Shown: positions 13,401 to 26,240 of the stretch, one piece after another
Layout: the number at the start of each line of letters is the position of its first letter
Position numbering within the stretch: the stretch's first letter is position 1
Assembly (NCBI GenBank): GCA_950097015.1
Contig: CATNEN010000038.1
Location: forward strand, 33,542,001-33,606,000
DNA length: 64,000 nt
From: Macrostomum hystrix
Lineage: Eukaryota > Animalia > Platyhelminthes
Reading direction: 5' to 3'
Made by a program: the position numbers and the translations under genes
The notes under the pieces: model-generated
What the model saw: only the letters and a program-made list of their open reading frames with translations
The model's database searches: none
Told to the model about the DNA's origin: nothing

Positions 13401-14338
13401 AAGTCCTGCAATTGAGTTCAGTTGATATCGTCATCCTGATATCGTTTCTCATCGTCAGGCAGTGTTCACTCTACCTGTGCCTCAGTGCCTTGGAGGTTGG
13501 CCCTCAAGGGCGTAAATTGCACGACAAGCCTCCCAAGCCTTCTCTCCGCGGCTGCGCCCCAAATAAATGTGGCCTCGCCGCGGAACTGAGCTCAACCTGG
13601 ACAAAAGACAAAAAGACAAAAACTGTTTCCGTTAAGAAGATCAGATTCGAACTTCTGACCTCCTCGTCTGAAGCCCGCAGCTCTAGCTCCAAGGCGATTA
13701 AGCTCCCTTGTGCTAACTACAAATACAAAACTGCTGAGTAGAAAGGAAAATGTAGATAAGCGCACCTTCAAATCTAATGCGACACCATCGGTCAGCAGTT
13801 TAACGTAGGCACCGCCGCAGTCCATACCATTCTGAAACTTGACTTCATACTGCATGACAAACTGCTTGCCGGGCTGGTCGAATACAAACGGCTTCGACAG
13901 GCGAGCGGAGACGGCGTGATGCTTGGCCTTGGACTTCAGCACTAGGGCGTAGTCACCGTCGATGGCGCTAGAATCTGGCACTTCAACAGACCAGAAGCCG
14001 TCATACTTGGACAAGTCGGATTCGACGCCGTCTTTCTTAGACTTGGACAGCACCAGATTCTCGGCCAAGTTGGATGGGGCGGAGAAGAACTGAGCATAAT
14101 AAGCCCCATCTGGCACCCTGGGCGGTGTGAACACCGGTTTGGCTGGCGGAGCCGCAGATCCGGCAGCGGCAGAGTCAGCCTTGTCATCTGCCGGATCGTC
14201 TTCGTCCGATACCTCAGCGTCGGCGTTCTCGGTGGCGGCCGGAGGATCGGCGGCGGTCACATTGACGATAAATAGTTGCAGCACCAGTGAGGAAAAGAGC
14301 AAGGCCAATAGTAGGCGATTGATTGCTAGCTTAGACAT
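10421..14338 (-). CDS. CANX: Calnexin
   Basis: Exons 14338-13766, 13405-12861, 12362-11658 and 10466-10421 with consistent phases. The protein has a signal peptide, [32 protein letters not shown]-domain repeats (IxDPxxxKPxDWD), a TM helix, an acidic tail and a C-terminal [10 protein letters not shown]-retrieval-type motif. Confidence 0.97.
10593..11513. repeat. Intronic minisatellite, 32-bp unit (calnexin intron 3)
   Basis: Unit CTAGGCTAATGTG(T/C/A)ATGGCTAATCAACTAATT. Confidence 0.96.
12420..12830. repeat. Intronic minisatellite, 23-bp unit (calnexin intron 2)
   Basis: Unit GTGATATAGTTTGGGGATAAAAT with degenerate edges. Confidence 0.92.
13440..13707 (-). mobile_element. tRNA-derived SINE (family A) fragment plus tRNA-like head in calnexin intron 1
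   Basis: Shares GTGCCTTGGAGGTTGGCCCTCAAGGGCGTAAATTGCACGACAAGCC with copies at about 21.2, 42.3 and 59.5 kb. A B-box-like GTTCGAATC lies on the minus strand near 13645. Confidence 0.75.
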
Positions 14339-17300
14339 AGCTGTAATTGCTTTGAATTTTTACTTAGAAAATAATGCAGATCAGGCGGGCTGAAATTATA
14401 GAATTGTGGCACACTTATATGACTTATATTATATTTTACTAGTTCAGTCGACAATGATAATATTTAAATGTTAAGTTTGTAGTCCCAAAAAAGATTTTAT
14501 TTTGTAATGCTTCTTGAAATCCGTTTTCCTTAAAACGATTATAAACCCTTTTAAATTTAGGCTTAGTGCCTATAGTTAAAATATAATAATTAATAACAAC
14601 AAAGCTGAAGCTATTGGTTGACACCAGCTACCAGAAGTATTCTACATTCAATAGACATTAACAATAGCCAGAAAATTTCTGCTATATTTAAAATATTTAA
14701 AAAAAACATCAGGAGTAGCATTAATTGATGTGCAGAATCCCAATTTGCTTTTAATGTGCAATGAGCAAGAGTGACCAGGGATCCTAGTCAAGTTTGGTCA
14801 AACTGCCTACTGTATTAATTCCAGAATGGTATAGTGTGGTGGCATGAGGCTTTGGCTTCACGCTGCATGGCGTTTTGGGGTGGCTGCATCAAAGTTTTCT
14901 TTTCCTTGTGTGCGCGCACTTTTTATTCTGTTCTCCGCGTAAAATACTTAATGTACATGTGCATGTACATGCTTCAATTCACTGATTTGTATTTGCCATT
15001 GATGTGCATCCATTTTCATACAGTTTATTAATACAGTACTACACAATACAATTCCATTTATATGTTTTATTGTCTAAGATTAAGATTTTAGTCTTATTGT
15101 AGTCAAGTCATTTTACTTGACTATGCATTTGAAGTAGCAGCAAGGCAGCCAGAACAACAGCACCTCCAACTAAGGTCAAAACTGAGGTGGATACTTCCAC
15201 CATTAGGCAGTGAGTAATGCAAGCAATTCTTTGACCAAGCTGCCAATCTATATAACAGTGGCAACATTTTGGAATTCTTTTTTGCAAAGCATTGAACCTT
15301 ATTATTTGCTGACCAGAGCAGTGCGAGTTATTGAACAAACAAAGCTGTCAACAGCAGAAATGATGCCCTCTCTTTGTGCCTTTACATTGGCACAATATAA
15401 CCTGAGAGAAATGTTTTTGATGACTATGTACATTGTATGTTGCAACTAATTAAAAAAGTGTAATATTAATTCTTCACTATTAGGTTGCTAGGTATTGGTT
15501 GGCAATAATCACTTTAGTTTCAAATAAGGGCAGTTAGTTACAATAGAGTTACTGTCACCCAGTAATTAGAATGCTAGAATGTTATTCTTGGCATGTATTG
15601 GCATACACCAGTAATTTTTTTTAATTGTTCCTATGTACATCCAACCCAATCTGTACTATGAGTTTTAGACAAAATGCCTAGCACAAAGAGGGTAGCTGTT
15701 TGTGATTTCTTTGATGTCAATACAAATCTGCTATCTATGACCACTTGACCAGCAAGAAATTTAGCCAAGTAGTATCTTAAAGCAATTTTTCATAGAAACC
15801 CAAATGAACTCACTTTCTGAAGTGAGTTAATTGAAGGAGCAACAATGGGAGTGAATATTGCCAAGGCACATAATGATGACATTGGTCAGGTTACCATATA
15901 CAAAAAGATTGTCAAGAATGTCAACATCACAACTTCAGTCCAATTGATTCCATCATTGGTCATTAGTTGAATATATATAATATTTCATTAATGATAGGCC
16001 TAGTCAGAATTAGAAAGTGCATTAATATAGTTTGTTATAGAGTAATTAATCAAATAATAGGCCTAATACCAATTTGTGTTAAATTAAGTAGTATTTTCCT
16101 AATACTAAAAGGCCCTATGATGCAGCTATGAATTCATTATTCTTCATTAAACAGAATATTTTTATTAATTTAAAGATTACAATAAAACTAAAGAACTTGT
16201 CCAAAAACTTTTTTTCATTTAAGGAACAAAATTAAACCTGTTTCTGTTTAGTCACTTTCTGTTTAGGCATGGTACTGTCACTTTGTCTGATGCCCATTTA
16301 GGGCTAGCTAAGAGCATTGTTTTTGGCATCCAACATGTCATCGTCTATGACCATGATAGGAGTATGAATAACATTAACACATTTGTGTTCGGCTGTGGCA
16401 CACACCAGTATCCCATATGTCATATTTTAAAGGCTTTAGTAATTATAGTGCGTAATTATAATGTGTATTAGGTTGTTACTAGTAGATGAGGTTATTACTG
16501 TCTCAGATTAATGCAATATTCAAAAATCAAAACAGGTTCTCCAGATTATCAAAACAATGACTTGCTTAGATGAAATTATACGTGTTGCATTGAATATCAA
16601 ACTGGTACAAAAATCTGGCAAAAGTTTTTATCATTTAAAACAAAGGTAGCAAGTGCACGATTTATTTACAGCTTTCGCTAACTTACTTCTCATGGAAAAA
16701 GAAAGTATAGTTAAATTTAATTTAGAACATGACATTTTAATTTTAAGTATTTTAGCACACGTAAACTATACTGTAGATCATTTATCGCATTATTTTACAT
16801 AAGCTGTGACGCAATTGACTTGTACAATCGTGACTGAGCACCACTTAGGGGCAGTTTACTCCTACTGTTCCTTAATCGTCACTTTTTTGCTCACTAGGTT
16901 AAAAAGCTTGAAATTAATGAAAATTACTATAATAGCTGCAGTACCATTCGCATAGGATAACTTCTGCATTTGCAGTATTCGTAGTTTAATACAGTTGTGT
17001 GGTATTTGTGGTGCTTTACTTGTGAAGTGACATCCAATATATAATATAAATTATACTGCAATCGTCTTCTTGTTTTACTGTTGCTATCTATAGCAGCTGC
17101 CTCTAAAGCTAAATAAATATAATCAACGTGTAAATAAAATAATTAAAACGTAATGATTATAAAACGTCATGATAATAAAGTGTTTTCTTGGTGACCAAAA
17201 ATTAACATCTGCCAGACGGCTCTCACGGGCCACTGCAGCACATCAATCTTTTGGTGACAGTAGAACCGCATCAAGCGAGAAGTAAAGCAATTCTGCCCAA

Positions 17301-18356
17301 TATTTCGCTGCATGACTCCAGCATTAACACACATTCACACTGCAGAACTCTGGACACACACACACACACACACACACGCGCATATAGAGTGTTCTTGCAA
17401 TAAAAATAATAACTGCGCTGTATGAATATGCTTTGTAAAGTTTTTTATAGAATTATATTTTTATAGTCAAATATATTACAAGCGTAGCACAGCTATAATT
17501 GTCCAGTATTAAAAAAGTATGGTCGTATGCAGTGCGTAACAATAGATGCTATATATTATTAGAGATCGACCAGATATAACACATTTCATAATTAAACCAA
17601 AAGGCGGACAAACCCAGCGGACAGGTGCTGAGAATTACGGAATTGAGCAAATAAAGTATTGCTTTACATAATATGAATATTTTCTGTCGCAATGGCACCT
17701 CTCAGCGCATTTATCCATTTGAGTCCGAGGGCAACTTTCTGCTCTATTATTTGTTTAATTTAAACGCAACCGACCGCATATATAATTGGAATTACAAATA
17801 AGACAGTTAGAATAGCAATTTGCATTACAACTGCAGAGTGTTATGGGTAAATGTACACTATATAACTCAGCTTTCAAATTGAGCCGCCTCTCGTGCAAGA
17901 GGCTGTAGAAAGGCGCGTACAGCGTTACAAAAAATTGGCACCCCTGAGCCTCACAAAGGCGATACTTTATTATAGAAAGAATAGAGAGAGGGAACAGCTC
18001 ACGCGTGCCTTGTCCAATAAGAGAGAAGAGAGTCGTGAGATCTATACTAGACTATACCTTTTGGGCTAACCTTGGTGAGAGGTACCAGATGGAAGGAGCA
18101 TGGGGTGGGGAGGACAGACAGACACTTTGGTGTGCATGTGGAGTTTGCCCCAGTCTGCAAACTGCAACGAAAGAGAAAATAAACAGCGAATGAATGCCTC
18201 ATAGGACATGTGCTTTCCGCTTGACAAGCTACTCTAGGCGTCAAGCCATGACCTATAGTGTAGTGTAAAGATATATGAGCCTATAGCTAGGTGTTGATAA
18301 TTTCAAGCCTTCAACCCGAGATAGCACAGTGCTACTCCGACTTCACGGAGATCGGC

Positions 18357-20918
18357 ATGAGTCATCAGCAGAATCAAGCCGTCAAGGATGACTGCATCCA
18401 GGAAGCAGATCTCAGCCAGATGACTCGGCTAGACATGCGGTCAGTCATGATCGCCAGCAACTGTGATAGCTCATCATCCGAAGTCACAAGTCTGGCGTCA
18501 ACTGATAGAGCAACTGTCACCAGCTGCAACCTGCGCGCTGAAGATGCCAAAGCTGTAAAGATCATGTTAACCGCAAGGCAGCTCATAGCGGATCTGCAGG
18601 ACATGCTCAACTCGCCAACGCCAGTGGTTGCCGACGCAGGCGACTCAAAACGGCAGCTAGATGCGGCACGGAAGCCTGCAGAGCCAACAGGTAGCGGTAA
18701 AGTGATTAGCGGCTCCAGCGAGCAGATGACACAACCGGTGCTTACTGACAGCGGACGAATTAGCCAAACCTCTTTTGGAGGAGACAGGTGAGTCCCGTGC
18801 TGTGGCCTGTGCGAGGACAAGATCGAACCAATGCTAGATCGTGTGATCCTTGAAATATAGCTTTTGCCATTCAATCTCAGTGTTTTGTCATTCATACTCA
18901 GCCCCCATAGAATTAATCCAGCCAGTTGGCGCCGTTTGGCACATAGACTATCGCTCTGTGACATTCAATCTCGGGTTTTGTTATTCAAACTCAGGCTTTG
19001 ATGTGGAGAAGGAATGTGGATAAGGAATGAACAGGTTATTATTCCTCAGCTCGGCTCATGTAACACAGGACCGAAAAACAGACTTGTTTATATAAACTTG
19101 TTAAATAAACATAATGCAGTTCATACACATTACAAGTCAAACACCTCTAGCATCATGGTGAGGAACATCGGATTTGAGCGGAATTGTTAATGTCTTGAAT
19201 CAGAACAGTGACTCAGAGAAAAGGAATTTGCATAATGCACCGTGGATACAGTCGGCTGCAGGCAATCTCCCAGTTTGCGGCCTTCAGAGGCGTCAGGGTG
19301 TCCAGTGCAACGTGGCCCAGGCGCTCCATGGAAGCACATCGCCCATGTAAGTTGGGCCATGTAAGCAAATGCTATGGAAGAAATTTGTAATTTAGCTGTC
19401 TTTGGGAGGACTGCGTTTGAGAGACCGAGCTTATAAAGCCTGAGTTTGTATGACAAAACCCGAGATTGAATGGCACAGAGCGATAGTCTATGGGCCAAAC
19501 CACGCCAACTGGCTGGATTAATTCTATGGGGGCTGGGTATGAATGACAAAACACTGAGATTGAATGGCACAGAGCGATAGTCTATGGGCCAAACCGCGCC
19601 AACTGGCTGGATTAATTCTATGGGGCTGGGTATGAATGACAAAACACTGAGATTGAATGGCAAAAGCTATACTATAGTCATTATTCTATGGTCTTATCAT
19701 TGCGTCACGATTATTGCGCACCGCACATAGTTATATTCTAAGATAGGCCATAGCAAAAGTTTTAGAGTTTGGTATAAGCACAAGAGAAATACGATTCCGG
19801 GACTCGTTTAGGCCATAGAATCATGCCGTGTGTCGTACGTCTTAGTCTTGAATGCGCGTGTGTAGGTCACTTGCGGCGATCGATCGATAATGGCGGCGAT
19901 TACTATTCAAGGCTAAGACATATAAAATCATCTACCACTATACACAAGGACCGAATGAACTAATTCGCCCAGGTTAACTGGCTGCAGTCAACAAGATCCG
20001 CCTCTGGAGCTGCAGGCATGCAATGGCCTCTGCGTAGTGTTCGCCAACTATGCCAGCTTCCATCCAGCATCAACAGCGCTGAGCTCCAGCCACTCTCCTA
20101 GCCCGGCTGCAGCCGCGTCTGGTACGCCGAGCTTCGAAGAATCGACAGAAGACTTGAACGACCCGGATGGCACTGAAGTCAGCAGCCCGCGGCAGATGAT
20201 GGCCCGGGCCAACCAGATACGCGAGGCCGCAGCCTCGATTGGCCGCCTATTCAATAGTCGGCTAGAGTTCACTGTGCACATCCACTGGAACAAGTCGCGC
20301 CGGGAGACCTTGCGACTGCTCAGACAGACTGCTACGGCCATGTCAGAGGGCGGCCGCGACTGCTGCTTCGTGTTCTGCCTGGGACGCGGCGGTCGCGATC
20401 ATTTTGAAGCGATGTGCGGCGGCTCCGTCACCCTGACGGACATTCTGGCAACTCTGGCGGTTGGTCAGCGAGGCCGCCTGCCGCCAGTGTTTGTCGTGGG
20501 CGAGCTGACACCAGAGCCGACAAAGGTCTCCACGGAGCGTTTGTCTGCTTCATCCGACAAGACAGCTTCCTCGAAAATATCGCGTCTGAATTTGCCCAGC
20601 AATCATCTTTTGTTATGGACGCTTGGCGCTCCGGAGATGACCGACCTGCTGGTGGAACAGCTGACTCGCACGGCCAGCACCGGGAGCAGCTACGGCGGAG
20701 GCGGCAGCTACAGCGGCAACAAGGATGCGGCCTCCATTGTGTCCGGCATCGCAGAGTGGATTCGTCGACGGCGAAACAACGGCAGCACAGCGGCAGGTTC
20801 ATCGACGAAGGAAAGCGGCGCCAACGGAGGACAGACGCAGAGCAATGCCCGCTGTTCAGCTCGATTTGTTAGCAAGCTGGACAGGCTGGTGTACCTGGCA
20901 TCGCCTGACTGCATTTGA
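18357..20918 (+). CDS. Caspase-fold protein lacking the catalytic His/Cys (pseudo-caspase)
   Basis: Exon 18357-18787 (AG|GTGAGT) joins in phase 2 to 19973-20918. Caspase landmarks occur in order: NGLCVVFANY, LFNSRLEFTVHIHWNKS, DCCFVFCLGRG, SVTLTDI, PPVFVVGE, LPSNHLLLWT, LLVEQL, ARFVSKLDRLVYL. The start codon is uncertain. Confidence 0.72.
18856..19671. mobile_element. MITE/foldback element in pseudo-caspase intron
   Basis: The arm of about 140 bp at 18856-19000 (TATAGCTTTTGCCATTCAATCTC...) is inverted at 19435-19671 (...GAGATTGAATGGCAAAAGCTATA). The right arm contains an internal tandem duplication of about 90 bp. Confidence 0.75.
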
Positions 20919-21200
20919 TCTTACCGCATCGTGTGTATTTTGACGGGAGAAAAATGACAACAAAAGTAAAACGAGCTTTTTAATGTCTAATTGTCGCTAA
21001 AAAATCATCAAATATAAAATGAAGAAAATGACTGGTATAATAATTTGTTTATTTATGCTAAAAATACTAAATTATGGATCAGAAAACGGCTATATACTGA
21101 GAAGCAAAACGTTCCATGTCGAAGTTTAGGTAATAAAAGTAGAATTTCAAACTCAGTTTTTAATATTTTTATTTATTTATTCCTAACTGTCCTTACTCTT

Positions 21201-21385
21201 AAGCACACACGCACACAGGTGTGTACATTTGCCCTGACTTCCCTATCGTCAGGCAGTGTACACTCTCACTGTGCCTTGGAGGTTGGCCCTCAAAGGCTTA
21301 AATTGCACGACAAGCCTCGCCGCGGAATCGAGCTCAGGGACCTTGGTGCGAGAGCCAGACAAACATCTCAACCACCGATCCACAC
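21201..21385 (-). mobile_element. tRNA-derived SINE (family A)
   Basis: A-box-like TGGATCGGTGG and B-box-like GCTCGATTCC on the minus strand. The body is shared with three other copies in the window. Confidence 0.8.
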
Positions 21386-21542
21386 TCATCAAATTTATTA
21401 GATGACGGAAATCAACTACGAGAGTGAAAAAATTATTTCATAGAAATAATAAACTATATTGAAATCAAAGACGGCGAAGTTTTAGGAAGACTGATAAAAG
21501 TTCTGTTTCAGTGTTCATAACGCGTAGAAATTCTCACTGCTG

Positions 21543-24500
21543 CTATAGCCGGCCCTTCAGCCTATCCCTGTGCAGCAGCAGGTCCCGTCGCACCGATTGG
21601 ACGCAGGTCTCGCCGCTGAGTGCCATCGCCAAGTCCAACTCTCTGGTGGCAATATCCAGCACTTTGGCAACACCGGCTCGGCCGCTGTGCGCCAGGCCCC
21701 ACAGAACTGGACGGCCGAGGAACACGGCGCGAGCCCCCAGAGCCAGCGCCTTCAGAATGTCCGTCCCAGTCCGGACACCGCCGTCTAAGTAGACCTCGGC
21801 CCGGCCGGATACGGCCGACACAATGTCCGGCAGGGTGTCAACACTGGCCGGGACTGTGTCCAACTGGCGGGCGCCGTGGTTCGACACCCAGACGGCCGAG
21901 GCGCCCGCGTCCAATGCGCGAAGGGCGTCGTCTGGTCGAACGACACCTTTGACGATTACCTGGTGATTTAGGCCGGGATTGAAAGTTATTTTTAATTAGT
22001 AATTTAATATTGACTACCTGGCCTTACAATCTAACTGCGAATCATGAATCTCCCCGTAAAATTCCGAAAAATCTACCTGTAAAATTCTGAATCTTTCTGT
22101 AGTCACGTTCAATCCGAAATCAGGATCTGTAAAATTAAGAATATGCAATCTTCCTGTTAAACACATAGTCTTTCCTGTCTTTACCATCTCACTACTAACC
22201 CGATAAGCATTATATGTAAGTCTCACCGGCAGTTTAGTAATCTCAGTCAGCCATTTCACGTCGCCCCAATTGAGATCCGGATCAAACAGCTGGCTGGAGT
22301 AGCGGGTCAAGGCCGACACTCCCCCGCTGCCAGATCCGCTGCCCATGCCTTCAGCTTCGGCGCCGCCCGATTCTTCAAAATTGGCCATCCTCAAATGGCC
22401 GGGCAAGCCGAAGTTATTCCTGGCGTCAGCGTATCTCTGGCCGAATATGGGAGTGTCCACGGTGAGCACCAAGGCCTTGTAGCCAGCCTGCTCAACTCTT
22501 TGCACCATTCGTCTAGTCAGTTGGCGATCTTTGTATACGTACAGTTGGAACCACCGAAGGGCGTTCGGACCGTTCGCTTGAGCGATCTGTCATTGGGAGA
22601 AATACAGACTGTTACAGCTGGAGAATACAGATTGTTACAGCTGGATAATACAGACTGTTACAGCTGGAGAATACAGATTGTTACAGCTGGAGAATACAGA
22701 CTGTTACAGCTGGAGAATACAGATTGTTACAGCTGGAGAATACAGCCTGTTACAGGTAGAGAATACAGACTGTTACAGCTGGAGAATACAGCCTGTTACA
22801 GCTAGAGAATACAGACTGTTACAGCTGGAGAATACAGACTGTTACAGCTGGAGAATACAGATTGTTACAGCTGGAGAATACAGACTGTTACAGGTGGAGA
22901 ATACAGATTGTTACAGCTGGAGAATACAGACTGTTACAGCTGGAGAATACAGATTGTTACAGCTGGAGAATACAGCCTGTTACAGGTAGAGAATACAGAC
23001 TGTTACAGCTGGAGAATACAGCCTGTTACAGCTGGAGAATACAGCCTGTTACAGGTAGAGAATACAGACTGTTACAGCTGGAGAATACAGATTGTTACAG
23101 CTGGAGAATACAGCCTGTTACAGGTAGAGAATACAGACTGTTACAGCTGGAGAATACAGCCTGTTACAGCTAGAGAATACAGACTGTTACAGCTGGATAA
23201 TACAGACTGTTACAGCTGGAGAATACAGATTGTTACAGCTGGAGAATACAGCCTGTTACAGCTAAAGAATACAGACTGTTACAGCTAGAGAATACAGACT
23301 GTTACAGCTGGAGAATACAGACTGTTACAGCTAGAGAATACAGACTGTTACAGCTGGATAATACAGACTGTTACAGCTGGAGATACAGATTGTTACAGCT
23401 GGATAATACAGACTGCTACAGCTGGATAATACAGACTGTTACAGCTGGACAGGACAGACTGTTACAGCTGGAGAATACAGATTGTTACAGCTGGAGAATA
23501 CAGCCTGTTACAGGTAGAGAATACAGACTGTTACAGCTGGAGAATACAGCCTGTTACAGCTAGAGAATACAGACTGTTACAGCTGGATAATACAGACTGT
23601 TACAGCTGGAGAATACAGATTGTTACAGCTGGAGAATACAGCCTGTTACAGCTAAAGAATACAGACTGTTACAGCTAGAGAATACAGACTGTTACAGCTG
23701 GAGAATACAGACTGTTACAGCTAGAGAATACAGACTGTTACAGCTGGATAATACAGACTGTTACAGCTGGAGATACAGATTGTTACAGCTGGATAATACA
23801 GACTGCTACAGCTGGATAATACAGACTGTTACAGCTGGACAGGACAGACTGTTACAGCTGGAGAATACAGACTGCTACAGCTGGATAATACAGACTGTTA
23901 CAGCTGGAGAATAGACTGTAACAGCTGCAGAATACAGACTGTTACAGCTTGAGAATACAGACTGTAACAGCTGGAGAATACAGACTTTTACAGCTGGAGA
24001 TACAGATTGTTACAGCTGGATAATACAGACTGCTACAGCTGGATAATACAGACTGTTACAGCTGGACAGGACAGACTGTTACAGCTGGAGAATACAGACT
24101 GCTACAGCTGGATAATACAGACTGTTACAGCTGGAGAATAGACTGTAACAGCTGGAGAATACAGACTGTTACAGCTTGAGAATACAGACTGTAACAGCTG
24201 GAGAATACAGACTTTTACAGGTGGAGAATACAGACTGCTACAGCTGAAGAATACAGACTGTAACAGCTAGATAATACAGACTGCTACAGCTGAAGAATAC
24301 AGATTGTAACCGCTAGAGAATACAGATTGTAAAAGCTAGAGAATACAGACTGTTACAGCTGGATAATACAGACTGTTACAGCTGGAGATACAGATTTTTA
24401 CAGTCTGGATAATACAGACTGCTACAACTGGATAATACAGACTGTTACAGCTGGACAGGACAGACTGTTACAGCTGGAGAATACAGACTGCTACAGCTGG

Positions 24501-25222
24501 ATAATACAGAATGTTACAGCTGGAGAATACAGACTGTTACAGCTTGAGATACAGACTGTTACAGCTGGAGAATAGACTGTAACAGCTGGAGAATACAGAC
24601 TGCTACAGCTGGATAATACAGACTGTTACAGCTGGATAATACAGACTGTTACAGCTTGAGATACAGACTGTTACAGCTGGAGAATAGACTGTAACAGCTG
24701 GAGAATACAGACTGCTACAGCTGGATAATACAGACTGTTACAGCTGGAGAATACAGACTGTTACAGCTTGAGATACAGACTGTTGCAGCTGGAGAATTCA
24801 TTAGGCATTTCAAGCCGAATCCACACACGGAGGCGCAGACAATATAAACGGCTTTCACTTACGCTTTCCAAACTGCAGGTGGCGATAGTGCTGACGGTCA
24901 GGCACACGCCCGCAGCGGCCGCAGCTTCGGCTGTGTCCAGCTCTCCCCGATCGCTGGCCAGCCGCTGCATGGCAGTTGGAGCGATGCCGATTGGCGCAGA
25001 CACCGGCTGGCCGAGTAGTGTGGTTGCCAGGCTGCGGTTGGCAACGCCGACCAGCATGCGCGGCATTAGCAACCAGTCGCGGAAGGCTTCAATGTTGTCG
25101 CGCAGCGTTCGCTCAGCGTTGGCGCCGCTGCGATAATAGTCCAGCGTCTTTCGGGGCAGCACGCCGTGCGCCCAGCGCTCGAAGTCGTCCAGACACACCA
25201 ACTGCTGCAGCTGCTGGCTAGC
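21543..25222 (-). CDS. HAO1: FMN-dependent (S)-2-hydroxyacid oxidase (glycolate oxidase, HAO1/HAO2-like)
   Basis: Exons 25222-24863, 22586-22227 and 21959-21543, all phase 0. Motifs [51 protein letters not shown] and DGGVRTGTD, with a C-terminal PTS1-like GRL. There is no in-frame ATG in the first exon. HAO1 versus HAO2 cannot be resolved. Confidence 0.93.
22595..24798. repeat. Intronic minisatellite, 23-bp unit, about 95 copies (HAO intron)
   Basis: Unit CTGGAGAATACAGACTGTTACAG. Larger blocks of variants are duplicated. Confidence 0.97.
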
Positions 25223-25247
25223 CTGCGGAGTGACGAGGACATGGAAG

Positions 25248-26240
25248 CTGGGTGCTCTCAGCTTGAGGGTGCTAGTGTGCTCAACCTGAGGATCTGGGTG
25301 CTAGTGTGCTCAGCCTGAGGATCTGGGTGCTAGTGTGCTCAGCCTGAGGATCTGGATGCTAGTGCGCTCAACCCGCAGATCTGGGTGCTTGTGTGCTCAG
25401 CCCGTAGATCTGGGTGCTAGTGTGCTCAGCCCGTAGATCTGGGTGCTAGTGTGCTCAGCCCGTAGATCTGGGTGCTAGTGCGCTCAACCCGTAGATCTGG
25501 GTGCTAGTGTGCTCAGCCTAAGGATCTGTGTGCTAGTGTGCTCAGACCGTAGATCTGGGTGCTAGTGTGCTCAGCCTGAGGATCTGGGTGCTAGTGTGCT
25601 CAACCAACCTGAGCATCTTGATGCAATTATGCTCAGCCCGAGGATCTGGGTGCTAGTGTACTCAATCTGAGGATCTTGATGCAATTATGCTCAGCCCGAG
25701 GATCTGGGTGCTAGTGTACTCAATCTGAGGATCTTGATGCAATTATGCTCAGCCCGAGGATCTGGGTGCTAGTGTACTCAATCTGAGGATCTTGATGCAA
25801 TTATGCTCAGCCCGAGGATCTGGGTGCTAGTGTACTCAATCTGAGGATCTTGATGCAATTATGCTCAGCCCGAGGATCTGGGTGCTAGTGTACTCAATCT
25901 GAGGATCTTGATGCAATTATGCTCAGCCTGAGGATCTAGGTGCTAGTGTGCTCAGCCCGTAGATCTGGGTGCTAGTGTGCTCAGCCTGAGGATCTGGGTG
26001 CTAGTATGCTCAACCAACCTGAGGATCTGGGTGCTAGTGTGCTCAGCCCGTAGATCTGGGTGCTAGTGTGCTCAGCCTGAGGATCTGGGTGCTAGTATGC
26101 TCAACCAACCTGAGGATCTGGGTGCTAGTGTGCTCAGCCTGAGGATCTGGGTGCTAGTATGCTCAACCAACCTGAGGATCTGGGTGCTAGTGTGCTCAGC
26201 CTGAGGATCTGGGTGCTAGTGTGCTCAGCCTGAGGATCTG
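25248..26240. repeat. Minisatellite, 29-bp unit with a 58-bp dimeric segment
   Basis: Unit GAGGATCTGGGTGCTAGTGTGCTCAGCCT, alternating with GAGGATCTTGATGCAATTATGCTCAGCCC at about 25610-25930. Confidence 0.95.

Noticed and set aside
13428-13470. Hammerhead ribozyme core (CTGACGA-TGA-GAAA on the minus strand) in family A SINEs
   Set aside because: There is no stem II or consistent stem I/III, and GAAA is missing in the 21.2-kb copy. A covariance-model search would be needed to reopen this.
11684-13741. Antisense and alternative-frame ORFs overlapping calnexin (and likewise over other GC-rich exons)
   Set aside because: They are shadow ORFs caused by GC-rich codon usage and show no recognisable motifs.
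14800-16650. Possible decayed transposase sequence here and at 180-790
   Set aside because: There is no motif I can name with confidence. A translated search against TE proteins would be required.
20013-20027. QACNG as the active-site pentapeptide of the caspase homologue
   Set aside because: It lies just before the first beta-strand, upstream of the His position, so it is not at the catalytic site and is probably coincidental.
22595-26240. Tandem arrays as CRISPR arrays
   Set aside because: The units are head-to-tail with no unique spacers, there are no cas genes, and the context is eukaryotic.
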